From positions 9,729 through 73,728 of the forward strand of contig CAYUNX010000001.1 of assembly GCA_964446255.1 (NCBI GenBank): a DNA stretch of 64,000 nt, given 5' to 3'. A model generated the notes under the pieces. It searched no databases. It worked only from the letters and a program-made list of their open reading frames with translations, and had not been told where the DNA came from. Positions 8,770-17,254 of the stretch are shown in pieces; the stretch's first letter is position 1; each line of letters begins with the position of its first letter. Both the position numbers and the translations under genes were made by a program. This DNA comes from an uncultured Candidatus Saccharibacteria bacterium. Its GTDB lineage: Bacteria; Patescibacteriota; Saccharimonadia; Saccharimonadales; UBA4665.

Positions 8770-9497
8770 ATAATTAAACTTTCGACTAAGGTTAAACAGT
8801 CTTCGGCAAATTGTCGAGCTTCGTCACTTTGCTGAGATTCACCAGCGAGTATTTTTTGTACAACTTTTAGAGCTTGCGCCGACTCGCCGTCACGGTTGAT
8901 AACCCACGCATGGTCGTCGGCTGTCTGTGCAAGCGACCATTTGATGCTAGAGGCTGCTTCTAGTAAACGTGCTTGGCGGTGTGGGTTATCCGCTGCAAAA
9001 CGCTCGTCAAAGCGTCTTTGCCAAGCTTGCGGCGTAGTTATGACCGATATAACGACAACTTTTTTAAAACCAATTTGGCGGAACCCGTCGATGCTACTCG
9101 CAAATATATCGCCGATGTTATAGCGGTGGGTGTAACCGGTCACTTCGCTGCCGTAAACATGCAAGTTGAATGGGTTGATATTGTACTGTAACACTTCTTG
9201 GCTGTCGATGCGTTCAAGCAGTGGGCGGAGGCCTTCATCGTCGTGGTTGTAGTAGGAGTATCGAGCCTGATTGTCTTCAGGCCGTGGCTGTCGCGACGTG
9301 AAAACGACGAATTCACCGTAGTCGACATCTTCAGCGACAAGCTGCTGCATCAGGGTCGTTTTACCCATACAGCTAGCCCCGACAAAACAAACGACTTCGA
9401 CGTCTGCGATCTGTTCAAGCACTGCGTCAGTTGGTCGGTAGGTCGGCTGTGCGGACAGCAATCTTCGTAGTTCCTTCTCTGTTGACTCGGCAATCAT
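8766..9497 (-). CDS. P-loop kinase, guanylate-kinase-like
   Basis: Walker A GASCMGKTT. FTSRQPRPEDNQARYSYY resembles the TTRxPRxxE..Y motif of guanylate kinases. Confidence 0.5.
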   Translation of the reverse strand: MIAESTEKELRRLLSAQPTYRPTDAVLEQIADVEVVCFVGASCMGKTTLMQQLVAEDVDYGEFVVFTSRQPRPEDNQARYSYYNHDDEGLRPLLERIDSQEVLQYNINPFNLHVYGSEVTGYTHRYNIGDIFASSIDGFRQIGFKKVVVISVITTPQAWQRRFDERFAADNPHRQARLLEAASSIKWSLAQTADDHAWVINRDGESAQALKVVQKILAGESQQSDEARQFAEDCLTLVESLII

Positions 9498-9540
9498 AGC
9501 ACTAGTGTAGCATTTTATTGACCGGTGTTGGCGCTTACGG

Positions 9541-10881
9541 CTAGAGCTTCATCTCATTGAACGCCAGCTGTAGCAGGTTGAGCATGGCTTGGTAGTGCGT
9601 GACGTCAGACGCGCTCTCGTCACTATAGAAGTAGATAACGTTGTCGACGACCTCGATGTTTACCTCAAATGGCGCCGCTTCAAGCTGCTCCATGTAGCGT
9701 GGGTTCAGGAGCTCAAAACTCGTTGCTTGCTCGGCACTTGCGGCGAAAACTTCGTATTTGTCATTGAACTGTTGCCATTCGGTCGAGACCTTTTCGAGCC
9801 CGCGGATGCCAAAGAACTGGAAGGCTTTTTTACGCCGCACGACGATGGAACCGTAACTTTTTGGCACATTAACTTGAGCGATAAGGTACGATTTTGTGTC
9901 ATCAGGGCTTGGTCGATAGGTGTAAATCTGCGTCAGCAATTGCTGCTTATAAAGGCCGATAACGTGGTTGTTGATGTCGGACTTGCCAAATTTAGCATTG
10001 CCAAAAAGCTGCCCTTGTGCCGGAATGAGCAGCCAACCCATATCGGCGCTGTAGCGGTAACCATTGGCCAGCGCAAACTCTTCAAGGGGCATGTTGTGTG
10101 TCCAAGTAGCCTCGGTTGCTTGCTGGATACCGTCGAGTAACCATTGGTTGTTCTGACGTTTAAAACGCCAAAACTCGGTGAATTCGCTAGTATCGGTGAA
10201 CAGCTCTTGGTCAGTTCGAACATCGACGAGTCGGTCCGTAGCACTGGCGGTGACGCCAACGGTGACGGTATCGAGCGAATTGTCGAGTGCGTCGTTCATA
10301 TCGACGACAACCATATCTGCTATCTGGGGGTTCTCGACGATGTTACGGCGCCTGCCCAGCTGCAGAGCATAAACCAGCAGCGCGGCATGGTGTTGATAGC
10401 CTGGGGTCATATAGGTCTTCATGGCCTCGGTGTTTTGCGTAGACCAATCTTGCTGGTACTTCGAAAAAACATCGGTCGCACGTGCTATCAGCGTTGGCTC
10501 GTCCCACGCCCCGTCAGCTTGGGCTGCCGACTTGAGCTTCGATTGGACGAGCTTGCTTTGCTTGATTTTACCAAACCAGTTGTACAGCCCAGCGCCGGTG
10601 CCAACGATGGCTGCAATGGCAATCAAAAAGCCGAAAAACCCCGGCCAGATAAATAACCAGAGTACCGCATAGACACCACCGATTACCCAGCCAGTTACCT
10701 GTTTGGGTACGGTCGTGAGTTTGTCGGGGCTGCTGCGTCGCAGTCGGCTACCGATGTAATGCATCGGCAAATAGCCCAGAACGATGATGATGCCATCACC
10801 ACCTCCACCGCCAGACCCCGAACCACCCCCACCGCTGCGGGCAAATGACTCAATCAACGGTACAAAATCGGCAAAAAGCAT
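9541..10881 (-). CDS. Hypothetical membrane protein (LemA-adjacent)
   Basis: Gly/Ser tract GGGGSGSGGGGGDG followed by hydrophobic helices and a large soluble C-terminal region. Family not confidently recognised. Confidence 0.5.
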   Translation of the reverse strand: MLFADFVPLIESFARSGGGGSGSGGGGGDGIIIVLGYLPMHYIGSRLRRSSPDKLTTVPKQVTGWVIGGVYAVLWLFIWPGFFGFLIAIAAIVGTGAGLYNWFGKIKQSKLVQSKLKSAAQADGAWDEPTLIARATDVFSKYQQDWSTQNTEAMKTYMTPGYQHHAALLVYALQLGRRRNIVENPQIADMVVVDMNDALDNSLDTVTVGVTASATDRLVDVRTDQELFTDTSEFTEFWRFKRQNNQWLLDGIQQATEATWTHNMPLEEFALANGYRYSADMGWLLIPAQGQLFGNAKFGKSDINNHVIGLYKQQLLTQIYTYRPSPDDTKSYLIAQVNVPKSYGSIVVRRKKAFQFFGIRGLEKVSTEWQQFNDKYEVFAASAEQATSFELLNPRYMEQLEAAPFEVNIEVVDNVIYFYSDESASDVTHYQAMLNLLQLAFNEMKL

Positions 10882-10913
10882 GGTTTTTAGGTGGTTTTTT
10901 TAATTTGTAAGTT

Positions 10914-11486
10914 TTAGAACTGTACGTCTACAGGTTTCTCGATAGCGGCAGCTTCTGCCTCGTCTACATCAAAGAACTCTTTGTCGGTGTTGAAACCAAG
11001 CATACCAGCGAGAATGTTGGCTGGGAACTGTTTGCGCCTCGTGTTAAAGCTGGTGACGTTGGCGTTGTAGAAGCGGCGTGATGCGCTGATTTTGTCTTCG
11101 GTGTCGGTAACCTGTGCTTGGAGATCGATAAAGTTTTGTGAGGCTTTGAGGTCTGGGTACGCCTCAGCGACGGCAAAGAGGCTCTTAAGGGCTGCATGGA
11201 ACTCACCTTCTGCTTTGCCGGCTGCGGCAGGACCAGCATCAGCGGCGTTAATGGTGGCGGCACGTGCGGCAGTTACAGCTTCGAACACACCTTTTTCGTG
11301 TGCGGCGTAGCCTTTGACAGTGTTCACGAGGTTCGGGATGAGGTCAGCGCGGCGCTTAAGCTGAACGGTGATGCCGCTCCAGGCTTCTTTGGCTTTGATG
11401 TCGAGCTGTACGAGGCTGTTGTAGAGAGCGACGAGAAACCCGCCGACCAGAACTACGATTCCGAGAATGATAAACAGTGTTGTCAT
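10914..11486 (-). CDS. lemA: LemA family protein
   Basis: Start at ATG 11486, preceded by AAAGGAG. N-terminal TM helix followed by YNSLVQLDIKAKEAWSGITVQLKRRADLIPNLV, typical of LemA. Confidence 0.8.
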   Translation of the reverse strand: MTTLFIILGIVVLVGGFLVALYNSLVQLDIKAKEAWSGITVQLKRRADLIPNLVNTVKGYAAHEKGVFEAVTAARAATINAADAGPAAAGKAEGEFHAALKSLFAVAEAYPDLKASQNFIDLQAQVTDTEDKISASRRFYNANVTSFNTRRKQFPANILAGMLGFNTDKEFFDVDEAEAAAIEKPVDVQF

Positions 11487-11553
11487 GAGTAATGCTCCTT
11501 TTAATACTACTGATTGCAGTATAGCGCACCGCTGCGTTCCTGCATATGTATAT

Positions 11554-12471
11554 TTATAAGGTAAGGTGGTGATAGATGAGGCTGAGCGCGGTCGTGGTTT
11601 CGTGCTCGGTGGCGTGACCACTCATTACCCAGGTCAGGTGCGCGTTTGGTGCGGACTTGCTGAGTTCGTACGCGGTCGCAGGTGGGCAGACGAAATCGTA
11701 GCGGCCTTGCACGATATAGACCGGCATGGTCAGCTTGTGAGCGTTTTTTAAGATATAACGGTCGGGCATGTAGCAACCATTATGCAAATACCGCATCTCA
11801 ATCAAAGACCCGTTCGGGTCATAGCCTGCGGCTGGTGTGGGAATGTGACGGTCGTCAAGAGATATTGCCGATGCCTCTAAGTCATCGTAAGCACGGGCAG
11901 AGTCGGCCGCAGCGTGAGCATCTTTGCCGAGGGCGCGCTCATAATGGTAAGAGCTTGGGTTGGCGCGGTGTTCTGTGGGCACGGTAGCAACATAGCGGTC
12001 CCAAGCGTCAGGAAAATGAGTTTGGAACATCCCATTATCTATCCAGTCAATTTCGGCTTGTGAGCCGGTAAAGACGCCGTGTATTACTACTGCCACGACT
12101 CTTCTTGGGTTCTCGAGCGCGTAATACAGGGCGAGCGTGCTACCCCACGAGCCTCCGGTGATGATGAACGTGTCGATACCGAGTTTGTCGGCGATGCGTG
12201 TGATATCCTCTGCGAGGTCCTGTGTTGTGTTGTGATGCCAACGCCCGAGTGGTGTGCTCTGCCCTGAGCCGCGTTGGTCGTGGAAGATGACGCGTTGGGT
12301 CGTGGGGTCAAATGCGAGTTTGTGCTTGTCTTTGCTCTGGCTACCGGGGCCACCGTGCAGGTGAAAAATTGGAGTTTTTGCAGCTTTATTGCCCCAGTCA
12401 TGTACGTATAGTGTGTGCCCATGCCCGACGTCGAGCATACATGTTTCGTTGGTGTAGTCGTCTTCTGTCAT
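11554..12471 (-). CDS. pip: Prolyl aminopeptidase / alpha-beta hydrolase
   Basis: HGGPGSQS oxyanion motif and GGSWGSTLAL nucleophile elbow. Start set at ATG 12471 (MTEDDY), 7 nt after TACAAT. Confidence 0.7.
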   Translation of the reverse strand: MTEDDYTNETCMLDVGHGHTLYVHDWGNKAAKTPIFHLHGGPGSQSKDKHKLAFDPTTQRVIFHDQRGSGQSTPLGRWHHNTTQDLAEDITRIADKLGIDTFIITGGSWGSTLALYYALENPRRVVAVVIHGVFTGSQAEIDWIDNGMFQTHFPDAWDRYVATVPTEHRANPSSYHYERALGKDAHAAADSARAYDDLEASAISLDDRHIPTPAAGYDPNGSLIEMRYLHNGCYMPDRYILKNAHKLTMPVYIVQGRYDFVCPPATAYELSKSAPNAHLTWVMSGHATEHETTTALSLIYHHLTL

Positions 12472-12478
12472 GAGCATC

Positions 12479-12484
12479 ATTGTA
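12479..12484 (-). promoter_or_regulatory. Candidate -10 box (TACAAT), leaderless start
   Basis: The minus strand reads TACAAT-GATGCTC-ATG, with the ATG at 12471. Confidence 0.4.
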
Positions 12485-12487
12485 GCA

Positions 12488-12515
12488 CTGTCATCCTGAA
12501 CTCATTTCAGGATTC
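12488..12515. repeat. Solitary GTCATYC...GRATTC hairpin unit
   Basis: CTGTCATCCTGAA-CTCA-TTTCAGGATTC. Same unit type as those in the composite repeats. Confidence 0.5.
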
Positions 12516-12655
12516 CGACGATTTTAATCTTGGCACTATCTATCCATCAAAAAGATTGCTTCTCTCGGCTTTGTTATAAAAGGAAGCAAAGAAAATAGCC
12601 TTAATCTACGTCACTCGGTCGCTCGCTGTACTGTTGGTGCCAGTTTAATGGTACC

Positions 12656-13339
12656 CTAAGCGGGCTTTGGATAATTGACCCAACTAAACGCTTGCTTCTT
12701 GGGCACGGGCACGGTATTGACAGAGACTAACTCCAGCGGTGGTTTATCTATTCTTACGGGGGTTAAAACTGTATCATCACTTTCGGAGTATGATGGGAAT
12801 AGGTTGATAGCTTTCGGGATGCCAAGAGGTTCAATCAAGCCCCTCCATTCCAGGTAGATGTCATCGGGCGATGTCTGGGCGCTCATAATAGTTTTTGGTG
12901 TGATTTCTTTGGCGGATGATATCCGTAGCTGGAATTGTTTTTTGGCTTCTGGGTGATAGGTTAGTATGCCTAGTCCTACACTTAAAAACCCTAGGAAAGA
13001 ACGTTCTTTTGCCATTAATTTATTGACGAAACTTTCTGCTAACTCTGGTGTGAAGTGTGCTTCAGCAGCTGCCGTTTCGACTAGTTGACCGCGTAGGTCA
13101 GTACTGAAAACTGGGCAATTTACCGTTATTTTACTTGATTCTGAGCCGAGCTTTGTATCGGTAAGTGGCCAGAAGACTGTAGGTCGCCAAACTGGATCGC
13201 CACTAGTAGATCGTGCGTCATTGACAAGGAGCAACCCCATAACCGCTTCTGATGGGTGTGCCACACGTGCGGCCGCTATGGCTTCGGTGTCCATAGCCCT
13301 CAGAACTTCATCGTATGTTTCGCGAACAGTTTCACTCAT
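12656..13339 (-). CDS. Hypothetical protein
   Basis: ORF 12656..13363, likely start at ATG 13339 (MSETVRETY). No motif recognised. Confidence 0.5.
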   Translation of the reverse strand: MSETVRETYDEVLRAMDTEAIAAARVAHPSEAVMGLLLVNDARSTSGDPVWRPTVFWPLTDTKLGSESSKITVNCPVFSTDLRGQLVETAAAEAHFTPELAESFVNKLMAKERSFLGFLSVGLGILTYHPEAKKQFQLRISSAKEITPKTIMSAQTSPDDIYLEWRGLIEPLGIPKAINLFPSYSESDDTVLTPVRIDKPPLELVSVNTVPVPKKQAFSWVNYPKPA

Positions 13340-13386
13340 ATTACTATATATTAGCACTAACATGTAAAAAAGTCAATTAGCACGAG

Positions 13387-14187
13387 CTACAGCTCGATAC
13401 TAACTGGACAGTGGTCAGAGCCAAGTACGTCGGGGTGAATCTGTGGGTTTTTGACTTTATCTGCGATGCCCTTGCTCGCAAGCCAGTAGTCGATGCGCCA
13501 GCCAAGGTTACGAGTACGGGCGTTTGCCCAGTGCGTCCACCAACTGTACGCCTCGGTCTTGTCTGGGAAGGCACTCCGGAAGGTGTCGACAAAGCCAGCG
13601 TCAACGAATGCCTGGAACCCTGCCCGTTCTTCGTCGGTAAAGCCGTGTTTGCCGATGTTTTGCTTGGGGTTGGCGAGGTCGATTTCACGGTGGGCGACAT
13701 TGAGGTCGCCGCAGAATAACACCGGTTTAGATTTCTCTAGTTGCATCATGTAAGCGAGGAAGGCTTGATCCCAATGTTTGTGCCGTAGTTCGAGGCGGCT
13801 CAGGTCGCCTTTGCTATTGGGCGTGTAGACGGTGACGACCCAAAAGTCAGCGAACTCGGCGGCGATGACGCGACCTTCGGCATTGGCATCGCCGTAACTG
13901 TCACCTGTGACATTGAACTGCTCGATAATCTCTGCCGGGAAGCCGTCGATGTAACGGAGGGCTGGAGTTTTGCTGAAGATTGCTGTGCCGCTGTAACCCT
14001 TTTTGACCGCACTAAAAAAGTGCTCGGTGTACTGGGGCATGTCGAGCTCTACCTGGCCACGTTGGGCTTTGGTCTCTTGCAGACACAAAATGTCGGGGTC
14101 ATGTTCGGCGACAAACGTCTGAAAAACACCCTTGTTTAACACCGCCCGCAGGCCGTTCACATTCCAACTGTATAAACGCATGGGCAT
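13387..14187 (-). CDS. xth: Exodeoxyribonuclease III
   Basis: N-terminal MRLYSWNVNGLRA and C-terminal GSDHCPV. Length (266 aa) is typical of the Xth/APE1 family. Confidence 0.85.
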   Translation of the reverse strand: MPMRLYSWNVNGLRAVLNKGVFQTFVAEHDPDILCLQETKAQRGQVELDMPQYTEHFFSAVKKGYSGTAIFSKTPALRYIDGFPAEIIEQFNVTGDSYGDANAEGRVIAAEFADFWVVTVYTPNSKGDLSRLELRHKHWDQAFLAYMMQLEKSKPVLFCGDLNVAHREIDLANPKQNIGKHGFTDEERAGFQAFVDAGFVDTFRSAFPDKTEAYSWWTHWANARTRNLGWRIDYWLASKGIADKVKNPQIHPDVLGSDHCPVSIEL

Positions 14188-14203
14188 AGTATACTATGGT
14201 CTA

Positions 14204-14623
14204 ATGAAAGCACGTGATTTTCGTGGTGACTATGTATCTCAGCGATTTATCGTTCGGATCATTGTGCTACTAGTCGTGATACTCGTTGGGTCTTTAAGTT
14301 ATTTGGCGGTCGTAAACTACTCGGCCGCTTCGTCAGCGCGTGGTACGCGCGATGTGTTGGCGCGGGTGCGGGTGGCTGATGGGGTGAGTGAGGACGAGTT
14401 GTTTATCGACCAGACTCGTCTCGAAAAACGCGTGACAAGAAGTGGTGTTTTCTCGAGTAAAGCTGAACTTTATGTTAAGAAGTTAGATGCGGGTAATGGC
14501 AACATGTTAACTTTTAATGGGTGTGTTTTAGTTGGTACGTATAAGCCAGTGCAATGTGTGGCTGACGATGGTAAGACGTACTGGGTGACGATTACTGAAG
14601 AAACTGACACTACTTCTTCTTGA
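14204..14623 (+). CDS. Hypothetical membrane-anchored protein
   Basis: ORF 14132..14623, likely start at ATG 14204 (MKARDF). One TM helix (IVRIIVLLVVILVGSLSYLAVV). Confidence 0.5.
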   Translation: MKARDFRGDYVSQRFIVRIIVLLVVILVGSLSYLAVVNYSAASSARGTRDVLARVRVADGVSEDELFIDQTRLEKRVTRSGVFSSKAELYVKKLDAGNGNMLTFNGCVLVGTYKPVQCVADDGKTYWVTITEETDTTSS

Positions 14624-14643
14624 TACTAACCAGGCTATAATTT

Positions 14644-15153
14644 GCAGTTCCCGAACTGCAGGCGGCTTATATTATTCCAACGCCTTAATCTGTGGTTCCC
14701 GCACCACCGGCGGCTTACTTTTTGGTTCGCCAAAAAGTAAGATAAAAAACTCGGCACGCTTTCACCCTCTTGGCGATCTGTTGTTTCTGATTACAACGGC
14801 CACACACTAAGCTACGTTACCACTTCGCTACGCATGTGTCCTGAAGTTGTAACAGACAACAACAGCTCAGCCAGGACGCCTCCAGAATGCCATTTAGCTA
14901 CAAACCCCCTTTGTCATTCCTGCGCAGGCAGGAATCTATATATTAAAAAAGGCACGAAGTGACATAGACAAGATTACTATGCGGTGGTGGCTGAGATTAT
15001 TCCTAAATCCTAAATCCTAAATCTTTAATCAATAATTAGCCCCTTTATCATTCTGAGCGGAATGGAATGAAGTCGAAGAATCTCCCATGAAGCATTCCAA
15101 ATTCTAGAATCCAGAATCTAGATTCAAAACCGATAATTGGCAATCGATAATCG
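14644..15153. repeat. Composite structured intergenic repeat, copy 1
   Basis: The modules, in order:
- Hairpins 14644-14659 and 14691-14707.
- Perfect 12-bp hairpin 14714-14741.
- Long irregular hairpin 14750-14891.
- GTCATTC..GAATCT units at 14913-14937 and 15047-15083.
- Heptamer arrays at 15002-15037 and 15090-15153.
Shares long near-identical blocks with 20357-20813 and 46187-46649. Confidence 0.8.
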
Positions 15154-15157
15154 TCTC

Positions 15158-16204
15158 TTACAAATATGCTTCGAGGCCGGGGCGTTCGATGTAGCTTGCA
15201 GCAAATGCCGTGTCAGTACAGATGCGGAGTTCGTCTTCGCTGAGGATGTTGTGCGAGCGCAGTAGCTGGTACTGGTGGCGCAGTCGCCCGCCCTCGATGG
15301 TTTCTGGCCAATCGGTGTTGATGCAAAACTTGACATCGTTCTCGATGAGCGTGCGGATTATCTGCCCCATCTCGTCGAGACCACTCACGGCCTTGGTGAC
15401 GATGTTCGACATTGGGCAAACTTCGAGTACGGTACCACGTGCGGCGAGCTCGTGCATGAGCTTTTTGTCATAGGCCGCCAAAATGCCATGGCCGATACGA
15501 GTTGGGTTGAGATAGCGTAATGCGTCCCAAAAATCGTCAGTTTCTCGCACTTCCCCGGTGTGTACGGTTACACCAAGGCCGGCGGCGCGCGCTTGATTGA
15601 AGGCGGCTTCGTAATCTTTCATCTTAAAATTGGGATCCGCTGGGCCAGCAACATCGATGCCAACGACGCCACGTTTGCGGTATTTGATAGCTTTCTCAAT
15701 TATAGAGGTGTTGCGCGCAACGTCGTATTCGCGGGCGATACAAAAGATTAGTCCGGCTGACAAGTTGGGGTGTTCGAGCAGGGCTTGTTCCATGCCGCGC
15801 AGCATCGCCATGATAAGGTGGTCGAGGTCGACCTCAGCGTTAAAATTGTGCTTCATGGGGTTAGTGCGGAGCTCGATAAGCTCAATACCGTTGCGGTATG
15901 CCCCGCTCATCGTGTTGTAGACGGCTGCCTCGACAGCGTGCGTGCCGCTACTGAGTTTGTCGAGTATGGGGTGATAGATTTTGCGGAAGTAATCGTTGAG
16001 CGCCATGGGACGGTCGGCGGCGAGCGTGATGTACTCTTTGAATTCGCGGTATTCGCTTTTGGGCAACTTGACGCCGAGCTTATGAGCTATTTGCCAGAGT
16101 ACGGCCGGTTCTATCGAAGTACCGAGATGCGCATGTAGCTCCGCGAGTGGGTAGTCGGGATAATCTGAGGGGGCTTGGAGTAGAGAGGAAACAATGTCTT
16201 TCAT
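15158..16204 (-). CDS. add: Adenosine deaminase
   Basis: Metal-binding ELHAHLGTS (HxH), HTGE and CINTDWP motifs in the canonical order. Confidence 0.8.
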   Translation of the reverse strand: MKDIVSSLLQAPSDYPDYPLAELHAHLGTSIEPAVLWQIAHKLGVKLPKSEYREFKEYITLAADRPMALNDYFRKIYHPILDKLSSGTHAVEAAVYNTMSGAYRNGIELIELRTNPMKHNFNAEVDLDHLIMAMLRGMEQALLEHPNLSAGLIFCIAREYDVARNTSIIEKAIKYRKRGVVGIDVAGPADPNFKMKDYEAAFNQARAAGLGVTVHTGEVRETDDFWDALRYLNPTRIGHGILAAYDKKLMHELAARGTVLEVCPMSNIVTKAVSGLDEMGQIIRTLIENDVKFCINTDWPETIEGGRLRHQYQLLRSHNILSEDELRICTDTAFAASYIERPGLEAYL

Positions 16205-16397
16205 AGACTAATTATAGGTGATGCATGGGTGTGATGGCAAACTGACGACGTCAATTTCTATAATTATTATCAGTAATTTGCCGCGTGCCATCTGTAGCAA
16301 AAAGTGTCAAACGCTTTCAATTTAAGTTTTTGCTGGGGTGTGGTTGCGATGAGACTAATTGCATGGGCAAATTGCTTGCGCTATTAAAATACGGTGG

Positions 16398-16403
16398 TAT
16401 TAT
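16398..16403 (+). promoter_or_regulatory. Candidate -10 box (TATTAT, overlapping TATAAT), leaderless start
   Basis: TATTAT-AATTGTA-ATG, with the ATG at 16411. Confidence 0.35.
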
Positions 16404-16410
16404 AATTGTA

Positions 16411-17076
16411 ATGGACAAAATCTTGGCGCTATTATCTCATACGGCTATTGCACATCACGTACGGAAGCACACCGTACTGCTCTGTCAAGGTGAGGTGCCT
16501 CAGGAAGTGCATATCGTGCGGTCAGGCTGCGTCAAAGTCTATAGGTTGAATAGTTCCGGCGATGAGCATATTGCGGGCTTTAAAACGGCCGGTGACATCT
16601 TTCCCGAATGTTGGGCGTTTGGCCACACTGCCAACACGATGTATTACTACGAGACGACTGAAGACACAGAGATAGCAACCGTGCTCCGCGAAGATTTTAT
16701 GGAAATGCTCGACAAAAACCCTGATGTACGAACAAAGCTGTTCGACTATATGGTCAAAAACTACACCGGTCTTATGGTACAAGTTTCGGCGCTCGAGCAG
16801 TCTCACGCCGTCGACAAACTCCTCATGATGCTCTATTACCTCATGATTCGTCATAGTGTCGAGAAAAAACCAGGTGAATTTTGGCTGAGCATGAAACTCC
16901 GGCATGCCACACTTGCCGGCCTGACCGGGTTAACACGTGAAACGGTTTCGACCGAGCTCGGTAAACTCAAGAAAAAAGGTGTCGTGCATTACTCACTACG
17001 TCGGTTTGTCATACACAGACAGGCGCTGCGGGAAATGATTGGCGAAGCAGCCTTTGCTGAGATTCAGCTGGATTGA
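16411..17076 (+). CDS. Crp/Fnr-family transcriptional regulator
   Basis: cNMP-binding-like beta-roll region followed by the C-terminal HTH TRETVSTELGKLKKKGVV. The ORF-track N-terminal extension was dropped. Confidence 0.75.
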   Translation: MDKILALLSHTAIAHHVRKHTVLLCQGEVPQEVHIVRSGCVKVYRLNSSGDEHIAGFKTAGDIFPECWAFGHTANTMYYYETTEDTEIATVLREDFMEMLDKNPDVRTKLFDYMVKNYTGLMVQVSALEQSHAVDKLLMMLYYLMIRHSVEKKPGEFWLSMKLRHATLAGLTGLTRETVSTELGKLKKKGVVHYSLRRFVIHRQALREMIGEAAFAEIQLD

Positions 17077-17254
17077 GGTTTTGTAGGCATAACCGTAACA
17101 GGTGTTTGCGTGAAATAATACACAAGGTTTTTGATAATATTTTCGTAGCAAATAGTGTTGACGGTGCGTAAAGTATTGTTTGGAAGCGTTTCCTTTCTTG
17201 GAGTTATCACTTAACAGTCACAATTGAGTGGCTAGAGATTTTGGGAGATTGTAT

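Noticed and set aside
14644-15153. CRISPR array as explanation for the repeated intergenic elements (also 20357-20813 and 46187-46649)
   Set aside because: There is no regular 25-40-nt repeat/spacer alternation and there are no cas genes. The repeats are long composite modules plus 7-nt micro-repeats.
16285-16410. N-terminal extensions of several ORF-track entries (16285, 17228, 14132, 24320, 57124, 29853, 11621, 56312, 23302, 28040)
   Set aside because: The extensions run through promoter-like or intergenic sequence, or through neighbouring genes. Internal ATGs with SD or TANAAT-N6/7 signals give proteins that begin where family similarity begins.
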